From: an uncultured Bacteroidota bacterium
GTDB taxonomy: Bacteria > Bacteroidota > Bacteroidia > AKYH767-A > 2013-40CM-41-45
Length of the DNA stretch: 64,000 bases
Direction: 5' to 3'
Assembly (NCBI GenBank): GCA_937871435.1
Contig: CALMQM010000073.1
Coordinates: forward strand, 3,282-67,281
Shown: one piece after another, positions 20,182 to 30,199 of the stretch
Numbering within the stretch: position 1 is the first letter of the stretch
Layout: every line of letters begins with the position of its first letter
Translations under genes and position numbers: made by a program
Notes under the pieces: model-generated
The model's database searches: none
The model's input: the letters and a program-made list of their open reading frames with translations, nothing else
Told to the model about the DNA's origin: nothing

Positions 20182-22311
20182 ATGCCTTTTTGGAATCAAA
20201 CACCTGTCCTGCGATTTCTGCCATTTTTTCTCCTCGGAATTCTATTCGGTTTTTATGAATTTGGTTCATTGTCAATTTTAGTTTGCTGTGCGCTGACTGT
20301 AATGATTTCTTGTAGTGCCGTACTGAAACGCATCCAGTCAGGATTTTCATTAATAGCGGTGCGGTCTTTTTCAATTTTAAGTTATTGCCTGATTTTTCTA
20401 CTGGCCTGGATTTTTACATTATTGAAAACAGAAAAAAATTATCCATTCCATTTTTCACACAGCAAATCTTCAAAATATGTAGTCGTTTTGAAGCAATCTC
20501 CGGTTGATAAAGGAAATACACTTCGCGCTGAAGGTGAAATGATTCAGTTAAAATCTGATTCAGGATGGAGAGTATGTGAGGGGAAAGTTCTCATTTACTT
20601 TAAAAAAAATGAATTGAAACAAGCACTTGCATACGGTGATAGATTGCTTTTTTCAACAGTACCTGCTCTTGTTCCGGGACCATTGAATCCGGATCAATTT
20701 GACTTCAGGCAATGGTTAAGCACACATCAGGTATATCATCAGGTTTTTCTAAAGCAAAATGAATTTGTGCGGATATCTCAGCATGAAGCTTCGGCATTAG
20801 TTGAATGGTCAATAAATTTGCGAAATAAGTGGGTAAAGGTTTTTCATGACAATGGAATCCGGGATCAGGAATACGCGGTGTTGTCGGCATTGATCCTTGG
20901 ATACGATGATGAAATCAATCAGGAAACAATGCGAGCTTATGCGGCTTCCGGAGCATTGCATATCCTTTCTGTTTCTGGGATGCATTTGGGAATTATTTAT
21001 GGAGCTCTTCAGGTGCTATTAGCATTTATGAATCGCAACCGATTTCTTCGGGTTTTTAGAGCTGTGCTCATTATTCTTTTTTTATGGTTTTATGCATTAC
21101 TCACAGGATTGTCACCTTCCGTCCTGCGTTCCGCCATGATGCTTACGTTTATTGTTACCGGTCAGACTTTGACGAGATCCACCAATACAGCGAATACTTT
21201 AGGCGCTTCAATGATTGCGTTGTTTTTGTTTTTCTCACCACATTTATTAATGCAGGCTGGATTTCAGCTTTCCTACCTTGCAGTTGGAGGAATACTTTTT
21301 CTTTATAAACAAATTGAAGACAAGGCCTATTTTAAGAGCTGGTTGGGGCGACAAATCTGGACTATACTTTCAGTTTCCATCGCGGCACAGGCTGCAACAT
21401 TTCCTTTGAGTTTGTTTTACTTTCATCAATTCCCCAATTATTTTCTTCCTTCTAATCTCGTTGTGATTCCCATTTCAACCGCCGTTATTTTTAGCGGAAT
21501 TACATTGTTGATTATTTCATTCTGGACTTTCCTGTCTCTAAAAATTGCCTGGATATGTTCGAATTTGGTATTTGCACTTAATGAAAGTGTAAGTATTGTT
21601 GAACATCTGCCATATTCTCTTCTGTCTGAAATTTATCTCACATTACCTTTGATGATCCTTTGGTATGCTGCTGTTATTTTTGCTTCCTTATATTTTATCC
21701 GGGTCAGGAAAGAATATTTGTTTTTGTTTCTCACCTTACTGGTTGCTTTGTTTGCTTTTGGTATTCAAAGAGCATATGAGATTCAACATCAACAACGTTG
21801 TATCGTATATCATATTCCGAAACATACGTGTATTGATCTGATGTACGGAGAAAGCAATATTGTTTTAACCGATTCCTTCTGTCTTACAAATAAAAATTTG
21901 TTGAATATGGCGGCACAAGGATACAGGACTCGATGTGGAATGAAAATGGAATTGAGCACTTATCTTTCCATTGACAAACCGGATTCCTGCAATTATTTTT
22001 CAGGAGCTTTGAGAATTCAAAACAATAAAATTGTTTTTGTTAAAAGACGTATCAGCATTTTATATGGAAATGAACCTTATGCCAACCTGACATCCAATTC
22101 TAAAATAATTATTGTCTCAGCCAATGCCCGTTGTTTCAGAGAATTCTTATTGTATTTTCCACAGTGTAAAAAAATAATTCTGGACGGAAGTAATTCTAAA
22201 TTGAACGGAACCAAATGGAAAGAATGGTGTTCAATGAACCATAAAGAATATTACAACACATCAGAAAACGGGGCCTGGATACTGAACTTGAATTCAGACT
22301 TACAACTCTGA
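20182..22311 (+). CDS. comEC: ComEC/Rec2 family DNA-internalisation channel protein
   Basis: 709 aa. N-terminal TM plus an OB-like region. The Competence domain carries LSALILGYDDEI ... LHILSVSGMHLGIIYG. The C-terminal ~190 aa lacks an HxHxDH metallo-beta-lactamase motif. Confidence 0.8.
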   Translation: MPFWNQTPVLRFLPFFLLGILFGFYEFGSLSILVCCALTVMISCSAVLKRIQSGFSLIAVRSFSILSYCLIFLLAWIFTLLKTEKNYPFHFSHSKSSKYVVVLKQSPVDKGNTLRAEGEMIQLKSDSGWRVCEGKVLIYFKKNELKQALAYGDRLLFSTVPALVPGPLNPDQFDFRQWLSTHQVYHQVFLKQNEFVRISQHEASALVEWSINLRNKWVKVFHDNGIRDQEYAVLSALILGYDDEINQETMRAYAASGALHILSVSGMHLGIIYGALQVLLAFMNRNRFLRVFRAVLIILFLWFYALLTGLSPSVLRSAMMLTFIVTGQTLTRSTNTANTLGASMIALFLFFSPHLLMQAGFQLSYLAVGGILFLYKQIEDKAYFKSWLGRQIWTILSVSIAAQAATFPLSLFYFHQFPNYFLPSNLVVIPISTAVIFSGITLLIISFWTFLSLKIAWICSNLVFALNESVSIVEHLPYSLLSEIYLTLPLMILWYAAVIFASLYFIRVRKEYLFLFLTLLVALFAFGIQRAYEIQHQQRCIVYHIPKHTCIDLMYGESNIVLTDSFCLTNKNLLNMAAQGYRTRCGMKMELSTYLSIDKPDSCNYFSGALRIQNNKIVFVKRRISILYGNEPYANLTSNSKIIIVSANARCFREFLLYFPQCKKIILDGSNSKLNGTKWKEWCSMNHKEYYNTSENGAWILNLNSDLQL

Positions 22312-23139
22312 CAAAGCCATTTTTGTTCCCGCTTTGTATCCGCGTTCTGTCTTTTCCAGAGTTGAACATTCTACAACCGGGTCATGTTCATAAAAAAGTA
22401 TGTAATTGTTTTCCGCGGCTATCTTAAGGAATATTTCTTTCTCTTCAAGAGTTACCAATGGTCTCATGTCGTATGCCATGACATAGGGAAGAGGAACATG
22501 TGCTGCGGAAGGGATAAGGTCCGCGCAATAAGCAAGAATTCTTCCATTGTAATTCAGAATAGGCAACATCATAGATTCTGTATGACCATTCACACAGATC
22601 ACTTTGAAGCCTGGCAGTAATTCATCTCCGTTACCTAAGAATTTCAAATGACCACTTTCCTGAATCGGTAGAATATTTTCTTTGAGAAAACTGGCTTTTT
22701 CCCTTGCATTTGGTTTCACTGCCCAATCCCAATGTGCCTCATTGCTCCAATACGTTGCATTGGGAAATGCGAGCTCAAATCCATCTCTCTTTGAATTCCA
22801 TTTCACACTTCCACCACAATGATCGAAATGAAGATGAGTCAGAAATACATCAGTAATATCATTTTCAGTGAATCCATGTTTACGAAGAGATTTTGACAAT
22901 GAATCATCTCCATTCAAATAATAATAACCGAAAAATTTCTCATCTTGTTTATCACCCAGACCATTATCAATAAGAATTAGTCGGTTTCCTTCTTCCACCA
23001 ACAAGCATCGCATGGCCCAGTTACACATATTGTTCTCGTCGGAGGGATTCAATTTATTCCATATGGATTTTGGAACCACTCCGAACATGGCACCGCCATC
23101 AAGTTTGAAATTTCCGGTTTCTATTGTGTAGAGTTTCAT
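22300..23139 (-). CDS. MBL-fold metallo-hydrolase
   Basis: 279 aa with the zinc motif FLTHLHFDHCGG (HxHxDH). Its 3' end overlaps the comEC 3' end by 12 nt in convergent orientation. Confidence 0.8.
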   Translation of the reverse strand: MKLYTIETGNFKLDGGAMFGVVPKSIWNKLNPSDENNMCNWAMRCLLVEEGNRLILIDNGLGDKQDEKFFGYYYLNGDDSLSKSLRKHGFTENDITDVFLTHLHFDHCGGSVKWNSKRDGFELAFPNATYWSNEAHWDWAVKPNAREKASFLKENILPIQESGHLKFLGNGDELLPGFKVICVNGHTESMMLPILNYNGRILAYCADLIPSAAHVPLPYVMAYDMRPLVTLEEKEIFLKIAAENNYILFYEHDPVVECSTLEKTERGYKAGTKMALSEL

Positions 23140-23250
23140 TCTTTGCTTAGTTAGCCTGCAAAATACGAAAATTGCCTGTTCGTAACGATGTTGAAAGAAG
23201 AGGAATGATTTTTTTTCTCACAATGGATAGACCTCTATCTTCGAAATCAA

Positions 23251-24648
23251 ATGACTACAAACAACTCACAAAGAATTCATTTTATCGCCATTGGCGGGGC
23301 TGCTATGCACAATCTTGCCCTGGCTTTGCATCACAAAGGTCACCAGGTAAGTGGTTCTGATGATGAAATTCTTGAGCCTTCACGCTCCAGATTGAAAGCA
23401 TATGGACTCCTCCCCGAAAAGGAAGGCTGGCAACCAGAATTGTTGAGTGCTGATATAGACGCCATCATACTCGGCATGCACGCCCGTGCAGATAATCCAG
23501 AATTGATCCGTGCAAAAGAGATGGGTCTGAAAATTTATTCCTATCCGGAATATCTGTATGAACAATCAAAAGATAAAATCAGAGTTGTAATCGGAGGCAG
23601 TCATGGTAAAACTACGATTACGTCAATGATTCTTTATGTGTTGAAACAGGTTGGGATTGACTTCGATTTTATGGTTGGAGCAAAGCTGGAAGGATTTGAT
23701 ACCATGGTTAGGTTGAGTGAAGCTCCGGTAATTATTCTGGAAGGTGATGAGTATTTATCATCTCCAATCGACCGTCGGCCTAAATTTCATTTATACCAGG
23801 CTAACATTGGCCTGATCAGCGGAATTGCCTGGGATCATATCAATGTGTTTCCAACGTTCGATTCTTACCTCGAGCAATTCAGAATTTTTGCTGATCAGAT
23901 TCCAAGAACAGGAAAATTGATTTATTGCCTGCAAGATGCGGAAGTGAAAAAAGTAGTCGATGATTCTGTTACTCCGGCTGAGAAGATTCCTTATTCTATT
24001 CCCACTCACGAAATCCGAAACGGGGTTACCTGGCTCAAAACATCAAAGGGAGAAATAGATTTGCAGATTTTCGGTGAACACAATCTGATGAACCTTGAAG
24101 GGGCGAGAAATGTTTGCAATCAACTCGGAGTTTCTGATCAACAGTTTTATGATGCAATCCGGACATTCAAAGGTGCAGCAAGAAGACTGGAGGTTTTAGG
24201 GCGCAATGTGCAGCTGGCTGTGTTCAAAGATTTTGCACATTCACCTTCAAAATTGAAAGCTACAACAGAAGCTGTTCACAGGCAATTTCAGGATCGTACA
24301 CTTGTAGCTTGCATGGAATTGCATACTTTCAGCAGTCTTAACGAAGATTTTCTTGACCAATACAAAGGAGCCATGGATGGGGCTGATATCGGAATCGTAT
24401 ATTTCAATCCGCATACCATTGCACACAAAAAATTGAAACCCATTTCTCAGGAACGAGTGAAGCAGGCTTTCGGAAATCAGGGTTTAAAAATTTATACAGA
24501 TTCAAACCGTTTGTTTGATGACTTACTTGCAATGGATCCGCGCGGGAAAGTATTTTTACTGATGAGTTCAGGAAATTTTGACGGAATATCTTTGGAGGAT
24601 TTTTCCAAAAAACTGATAGAGAAAACAGAGTCTGCCACTGCACACTAA
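23251..24648 (+). CDS. mpl: Mur ligase family protein, Mpl-like (UDP-MurNAc:L-Ala-gamma-D-Glu-meso-DAP ligase)
   Basis: 465 aa. N-terminal Rossmann region (IHFIAIGGAAMHNLALAL) and ATP P-loop (GGSHGKTTITSM). The size fits Mpl rather than MurC. Confidence 0.7.
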   Translation: MTTNNSQRIHFIAIGGAAMHNLALALHHKGHQVSGSDDEILEPSRSRLKAYGLLPEKEGWQPELLSADIDAIILGMHARADNPELIRAKEMGLKIYSYPEYLYEQSKDKIRVVIGGSHGKTTITSMILYVLKQVGIDFDFMVGAKLEGFDTMVRLSEAPVIILEGDEYLSSPIDRRPKFHLYQANIGLISGIAWDHINVFPTFDSYLEQFRIFADQIPRTGKLIYCLQDAEVKKVVDDSVTPAEKIPYSIPTHEIRNGVTWLKTSKGEIDLQIFGEHNLMNLEGARNVCNQLGVSDQQFYDAIRTFKGAARRLEVLGRNVQLAVFKDFAHSPSKLKATTEAVHRQFQDRTLVACMELHTFSSLNEDFLDQYKGAMDGADIGIVYFNPHTIAHKKLKPISQERVKQAFGNQGLKIYTDSNRLFDDLLAMDPRGKVFLLMSSGNFDGISLEDFSKKLIEKTESATAH

Positions 24649-24653
24649 ATGAC

Positions 24654-25442
24654 ATGATGAAATCACTTCTCAAATTCTTTTTTCTTGCCTCCTTACTGTA
24701 TTCCTATAGTAGCTTGGCACAATCCTATTTTGGTTCTTCTGCGCCAACTTTGCAGGATAAGTTTCCAAAGCGTATCGGGAGCCTTCGATTTTCTGCAACA
24801 ACCCTGAATCTGGGGCGAATTGGAAACAATGAAGTGAAGAAGGATACAGTCAGAATTTACAACACAGCTTCCAGGGCAATCACTCTTTCATTCAATGGAA
24901 AAATTCCTGCCCATATGCAGGTGAACAGCAGTTCTGCTGCTGTGGAAGCAGGAGGGGAAGCATGGATAGCAATAGCTTATGATGGAGGCTTGAAAAATGA
25001 TTTTGGATTTGTGCTGGATAGGATTTCAATTTCCACGAATGATTCTGTTCAGTCGGTAAAATTCATCAACATTACTGCTACTATATATGAAGTGTTCAGT
25101 GTATTAAGCTCGGAAGATTCTATGCTAGTTCAAAAGGCCAGAGTTCCTGAAACTGCATTCAATTATGGAACAATTCAGAATGGCGAAAAACGCAGTCATG
25201 ATTTCGTTGTATACAATGATGGAAAACGTGAATTGAAATTACACAAAGCCAAATCTTCCTGTGGTTGTATTCAAACGGTTATTTCAAAGAATGCTGTTGC
25301 AGCAGGTGACAGTGCCTATGTACGTGTCATGTTTGATTCATTCGGAAAAGAAGGGACAGACAGTAGAAAAATAAATTTGTACACAAATGATCCTGCTCAA
25401 CCGGAAATAAAACTTGAAATGAACGGACAGATCATCAAATGA
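24654..25442 (+). CDS. DUF1573 domain-containing protein
   Basis: 262 aa. Signal peptide. The C-terminal half has the DUF1573-like pattern VVYNDGKRELKLHKAKSSCGCIQTV. Two tandem Ig-like halves. Confidence 0.55.
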   Translation: MMKSLLKFFFLASLLYSYSSLAQSYFGSSAPTLQDKFPKRIGSLRFSATTLNLGRIGNNEVKKDTVRIYNTASRAITLSFNGKIPAHMQVNSSSAAVEAGGEAWIAIAYDGGLKNDFGFVLDRISISTNDSVQSVKFINITATIYEVFSVLSSEDSMLVQKARVPETAFNYGTIQNGEKRSHDFVVYNDGKRELKLHKAKSSCGCIQTVISKNAVAAGDSAYVRVMFDSFGKEGTDSRKINLYTNDPAQPEIKLEMNGQIIK

Positions 25443-25487
25443 GGTCTGTATAATTTATACTGTTAATACTCTTGAGATTTTCGCGAA

Positions 25488-27053
25488 TTAGTGAATTGCC
25501 TGTACGTTAACTTTTTCAATTCCTTTCAGGTGAACTTCAATATGCCTGTCGTGAGCTTTACTTTCAAACTCACTGATAATTTCGAGTACATCATAGTCAA
25601 TAAAGTGTGAAGCGCTTCCATCAATATTCAGTACGGAATATGGTGGAATTTTGTCCAGCGCTTCCCTCAATTTTCTTTTATTTAAAAAAGTAACTGTGGA
25701 ATGCAATTGAATATTGTACACTTCAGTGATATGTTGTATGGATTTATCAATTTTAAATTCCGCTTTAAAATTGCTTTGGATTATAAAATACATCGATACA
25801 AGTAATCCGATTGTTACTCCGATTAATAAGTCGGTTGAAAGGATCACAACGATTGTAAAAATAAATGGTAAAAACTGCTTCATGCCCATACTGAACATGT
25901 TTCTGAATAGTTTGGGCTTACTAAGATTGTAACCTGTCATTATCAGAATAGCAGAGAGCGAAGCGTATGGAATCTGATTGATCAAAAATGGAATACTGAT
26001 GACGGAGAGAAGTAAAAATATTCCATGAGTCACTGCAGATAATTTTGTTCTCGCACCTGCATCCACGTTGGCAGCTCCTCGAACAATTACGGCTGTCATA
26101 GGTAATGCGCCAAGTAATCCGCAGACCATATTTCCAATGCCCTGAGCCACTAACTCTCTGTTTACAGGAGAGACGCGGTGCTGTGGATCAAGTTTATCAA
26201 TTGCTTCCACACATAACAAAGTTTCCAGACTTGCAAGAATTCCAATTATCAATCCATCTTCCCATATGGTATAACCAGAAAACATTTTGCTGAATTCCGG
26301 AAATTGCATCTGAGCAAAAATATTTGAGGGGATGTTCACCAACTGTGATGGATTCAACGCAAGAGAAGGGAATGCGAAGTGATACAGCTCATTCAACAAT
26401 ACACCCAAAAGAACCACCAGCAAGGGAGGAGGAATAAGTTTCAGTTTTTTACGAAGAAGAGGAGTTTTCAGAAAAAGCATCAATGAAATCGAAAAAAGTG
26501 AAATCACGACCACACCTCTCCGTACGTGGTGATTGAAATTTTCAATGTTGCCCAAGAAGTTTTTATCTGATAGCAAAGAAAAAAATCCACTTCTCCAGAA
26601 ATCCGGTTGATCGTAACCAAGAGCAAGAGGAATTTGTTTTGAGATTAAAAGTATTCCTATCGCTGCCAACATCCCTTTAATCACCGAAGAAGGAAAATAA
26701 TATGCAATACCTCCGAACTTCAGAAGTCCCATGACCAATTGAGCTAATCCGGCAATAATGACTGAAAGCAGAAAGATTCGATAATCACCATGGGATAGGA
26801 TGGAAGCAGAAACGACAGTCGTTAAACCTGCAGCAGGACCTGAAACACTGAGCTGGGAACCACTGATAAATGAAGTGAGCATTCCACCTATCACACCGGT
26901 TAATATTCCGGCATACAATGGAGCACCGGAAGCAAGTGCAATACCTAAACAAAGGGGAAGTGCAACAAAGAAGACCGACAATCCGGCCGGTAAATCATGC
27001 CTCAACCAAATCAGGCGATAGTATTTAAATTTTCTCGTACTTGGTAAATTCAT
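25488..27053 (-). CDS. SulP family inorganic anion transporter with C-terminal STAS domain
   Basis: 521 aa. N-terminal SulP signature region (LPAGLSVFFVALPLCLGIALASGAPLYAGILTGVIGG), multiple TM helices, then a STAS-like tail. Confidence 0.85.
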   Translation of the reverse strand: MNLPSTRKFKYYRLIWLRHDLPAGLSVFFVALPLCLGIALASGAPLYAGILTGVIGGMLTSFISGSQLSVSGPAAGLTTVVSASILSHGDYRIFLLSVIIAGLAQLVMGLLKFGGIAYYFPSSVIKGMLAAIGILLISKQIPLALGYDQPDFWRSGFFSLLSDKNFLGNIENFNHHVRRGVVVISLFSISLMLFLKTPLLRKKLKLIPPPLLVVLLGVLLNELYHFAFPSLALNPSQLVNIPSNIFAQMQFPEFSKMFSGYTIWEDGLIIGILASLETLLCVEAIDKLDPQHRVSPVNRELVAQGIGNMVCGLLGALPMTAVIVRGAANVDAGARTKLSAVTHGIFLLLSVISIPFLINQIPYASLSAILIMTGYNLSKPKLFRNMFSMGMKQFLPFIFTIVVILSTDLLIGVTIGLLVSMYFIIQSNFKAEFKIDKSIQHITEVYNIQLHSTVTFLNKRKLREALDKIPPYSVLNIDGSASHFIDYDVLEIISEFESKAHDRHIEVHLKGIEKVNVQAIH

Positions 27054-27296
27054 TCCGGAATCGGGTTCTTCATGCGAAAAACACCTTATAAAACGAAAAT
27101 AACTATTCTGTGATGTGAAAGTATGGAATCCACATGAATACTTGAAGAGAGGCGATTAAATATTTGTTATACAGACAATTATACAAAGATGATTTTACTC
27201 ATTGCAAATTGCAGAAAGAGCTGTTCGGAGATGTGTTGTATCACAAACGATTTCTGAAATCACAATTGCTGTGCAATTAGTACTGAGTATACTGCT

Positions 27297-27304
27297 TATC
27301 TTTG
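27297..27304 (+). promoter_or_regulatory. Candidate Bacteroidetes sigma-A -7 box (TAnnTTTG)
   Basis: TATCTTTG lies 17 bp upstream of the ATG at 27321. Confidence 0.3.
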
Positions 27305-27320
27305 TTTCAAATTTCTGACT

Positions 27321-28250
27321 ATGTGTTTAAGGAGAATAATATCCTTCATTCTATTGATCACGCTTTCTACCACGGCTTTGGCTAAGACCAAATTGGCAGA
27401 CAAGGAAATGTTCGTTCCTGTTAATGGTGGAAAAATTTATTGCCGTGTAATAGGTTCGGGAGAACCACTTGTAATTGTGCATGGGGGACCGGGAATGGAG
27501 CATACTTACTTTTTACCACAATTGATTTCCCTTGCTTACAAATACACATTGATTTTTTATGATCAAAGAGGTTGTGGCAGATCTCCCGTTACGGTGGGCA
27601 AGGAAAGTATGACTATGGATCAGTTTGTAGAAGATCTGGATACCATTCGTGCATTTTTCAAGATTGACAAAATGAATTTGATGGGCCATTCTTTCGGGGG
27701 ATTAATTGCGATGCGTTATGCGGTGAAACACCCTGATCATCTCCAACGCTTAATACTGCTAAACCCGACACCGCAATCATCCTACTGGAGGGATAGCACA
27801 TTTCACATGATGAATATTCGTGATGATGCGAAATTAAAAGCGGAAAAGGAAAAAGTTTTTTCAAGCCCCGGTTACGCGAAGAAAGATCCGGAAACGATGA
27901 AGCAAGCTTTCAGACTTTTGTTTAAAGCGGCTTTTTTTCATCCTGAATATGCCGATAGTCTCACTCTAATTTTCAGATCAACTTATCCTCAAACAAGTGA
28001 GCTGGTGAATGCCTTGTACAAAGATTCCACATTGATAAAATATGATCTGACACCGGAATTGAAAACAGTAAAATGTAAAACCTTATTGTGTGGAGCAGAA
28101 GCTGATTTTCCTCCACCGGAAGCCTATGAACAATTGCACAAGGCACTGAAAAATTCAGAATACTATATGTTTGAATCCTGTGGACATTTTCCGTTCATCG
28201 AAGCCAAGCCGGAATTTGAAAGAGTATTGAATAAATTCATGAGCAATTGA
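27321..28250 (+). CDS. Alpha/beta hydrolase, prolyl aminopeptidase (S33)-like
   Basis: 309 aa. Signal peptide. HGGPG oxyanion region and the nucleophile elbow GHSFGG. Confidence 0.8.
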   Translation: MCLRRIISFILLITLSTTALAKTKLADKEMFVPVNGGKIYCRVIGSGEPLVIVHGGPGMEHTYFLPQLISLAYKYTLIFYDQRGCGRSPVTVGKESMTMDQFVEDLDTIRAFFKIDKMNLMGHSFGGLIAMRYAVKHPDHLQRLILLNPTPQSSYWRDSTFHMMNIRDDAKLKAEKEKVFSSPGYAKKDPETMKQAFRLLFKAAFFHPEYADSLTLIFRSTYPQTSELVNALYKDSTLIKYDLTPELKTVKCKTLLCGAEADFPPPEAYEQLHKALKNSEYYMFESCGHFPFIEAKPEFERVLNKFMSN

Positions 28251-28265
28251 TAGCTCATCGGTTTT

Positions 28266-29645
28266 TCAAAGCAGTGTTCCCCGCAATATGATGAATGCAA
28301 TCGTAAAGTAAAGAATCAATCCGGTTACGTCTACCAATGTCGCGATAAAAGGCGCGGAAGAAACAGCCGGGTCAAAGCCCATTCGTTTCAGCAACATGGG
28401 TAACATTGATCCTGAAAGTGTTCCCCAAAGTACAACGCCTATAAGGGTAAAACCTACTGTGATTGCGATCAGAAACCAGTGTGGTCCATAGAGATCAGTG
28501 AATAAGGTCCATGCAGCAATCCGGATGAAACCGATAATTCCCAGCAATGTTCCCAGAAACAATCCGGATAAAAATTCCCTTCGCATTACTTTCCACCAGT
28601 TAGCAAGGGTGACCTCACCAAGCGCCATGGCGCGAATAATCAAAGTAGCAGCCTGTGATCCGCTGTTACCTCCGGAAGAGATTATCAAAGGGACAAAAAG
28701 TGCAAGGACAACAGCTTTGTTCAGTTCATTGTTGAAATAACCCATAGCACTCGCTGTAAGCATTTCTCCAAGAAAAAGGATGATCAGCCATCCGGCTCTC
28801 TTGCTGATCATTTCCATCATGGAAACTTTGAGATACGGTTCTTCCAATGCTTCTGTACCTCCGAATTTCTGGATATCCTCTGTATCCTCTTCCTCGATAA
28901 CGTCCATCATATCGTCAAAAGTGACGATGCCAAGCAAAAGCCCGTTGAAATCAGTAACCGGTAATGCGACTCTGTTTGTTTGCTTAAAGATATCAATCGC
29001 GACTTCCTGGTCGTCACGTGCATAAAGAGCAACGAACTGACGCACCATCAATTCACTTACTTTTTTATCTAATGGTGCCAAAAGAAAGTCGCGGACTTTT
29101 ATATCATCTTGTAAAAAACCTTTGTGATCGGTGACATAAATAACGTTCAGGGTTTCTGAATCTTTGCCGTATTTACGAATGTGGTCAAGCACCTGCTGAA
29201 CAGTCCAGTCTTCTTTCACCGAAACAAAATCAGGTGTCATCAATCGACCAATACTGTCTTCAGGATATTGAAGCAGTGTATTTGCTGTCTTCCGTTCTTC
29301 ATCACTGAGAAGACTCAAATATTTCTGCAGGGTCTCCTTCGGAAGCTTTTCAAATAAAGCCGTCCGGTCGTCTGGAGAAATTTGATTTAATGTGTGGGAA
29401 AGCTGGTCAACACTAAAAGTACTCAGCAGTTCGTTCTGAAAATCGAAGTCAAGATTTTCAAAAGTTTTAATCGCCTTTTCAGCTTCTAAAACCTGGAAAA
29501 CCTTTCGAACGTCAATCTGGGAAGACTCATTGATCAGCTCTGCAAGCTCTTCAGGCTGAATGGACTCGGTTAAGTGCTTCAGCTTGTAGAGATTGCCGGT
29601 GACCATTCGCTCGGCAAGCAGCTCTTTTTCTTGTTCACTAAACAT
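28266..29645 (-). CDS. mgtE: Magnesium transporter MgtE
   Basis: 459 aa. MgtE N-domain, tandem CBS region and a C-terminal 5-TM MgtE domain (ISSGGNSGSQAATLIIRAMALGEV). Confidence 0.9.
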   Translation of the reverse strand: MFSEQEKELLAERMVTGNLYKLKHLTESIQPEELAELINESSQIDVRKVFQVLEAEKAIKTFENLDFDFQNELLSTFSVDQLSHTLNQISPDDRTALFEKLPKETLQKYLSLLSDEERKTANTLLQYPEDSIGRLMTPDFVSVKEDWTVQQVLDHIRKYGKDSETLNVIYVTDHKGFLQDDIKVRDFLLAPLDKKVSELMVRQFVALYARDDQEVAIDIFKQTNRVALPVTDFNGLLLGIVTFDDMMDVIEEEDTEDIQKFGGTEALEEPYLKVSMMEMISKRAGWLIILFLGEMLTASAMGYFNNELNKAVVLALFVPLIISSGGNSGSQAATLIIRAMALGEVTLANWWKVMRREFLSGLFLGTLLGIIGFIRIAAWTLFTDLYGPHWFLIAITVGFTLIGVVLWGTLSGSMLPMLLKRMGFDPAVSSAPFIATLVDVTGLILYFTIAFIILRGTLL

Positions 29646-29850
29646 GGATGATCGTCCATTTGAAATTCCTTTTACTCAGTTGGTGAAGGTAGGAAATTCT
29701 TTTTTGGAATGGAACAATCCCTGTTTAAATAACATTATGAAATTTCCATCGTCCGGAAATTAAAATCACATCATTATTCGATCTGAAAAGTTTAGAATAT
29801 AATCTTCTCTTCACCCTACGCTCTTCACTCTTGCAAAATTGGATACACAT

Positions 29851-29886
29851 AAAAAACAGAGCCGCCAGATTTGCACCTGACGGCTC
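29851..29886 (-). terminator. Hairpin plus U-tract (intrinsic terminator/attenuator-like) ~200 nt upstream of the mgtE start codon
   Basis: Minus-strand GAGCCGUCAGG...CUGGCGGCUC stem (6+3 bp with one mismatch) followed by UUUUUU (plus-strand A-tract 29851-29856). No minus-strand gene lies upstream for it to terminate. Confidence 0.4.
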
Positions 29887-30177
29887 CCCACACGAAAAAC
29901 ATGAACACAAAAACTATTCTGAACAACGGATAAGTCCTCTACTTGTTTTATAAAATTGTCGGGTTTACATTAAAATGACAAAGTTTAACACGATTTAACT
30001 TCACTGCCTGAATACAAGAAGTTCTCAACACATTTTCTACTCGATTTTTTTATTACAAAATGATGCTTTTCAGCATTCACTAACTGTATTAAAAAAATTG
30101 ACAGAACTTATTGAGAACATGTTGAATACTCAGGATTTACTGACTTATATAGACTGAATTCGGATTCATAAAAAGAC

Positions 30178-30185
30178 TAAATTTG
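30178..30185 (+). promoter_or_regulatory. Candidate -7 box (TAAATTTG)
   Basis: Matches TAnnTTTG 15 bp upstream of the ATG at 30200. Confidence 0.3.
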
Positions 30186-30199
30186 CCCAAAAAACACGT

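Noticed and set aside
23172-23360. 62-aa ORF overlapping the start of the Mur-ligase gene
   Set aside because: It is in a different frame overlapping a strongly supported gene, with no motifs and a Cys/Arg-rich composition. Likely spurious.
29646-30199. M-box (ykoK) Mg2+ riboswitch upstream of mgtE
   Set aside because: I looked for the conserved M-box core on the minus strand and could not recognise it. I therefore reported only a generic hairpin/U-tract attenuator candidate, not an M-box.
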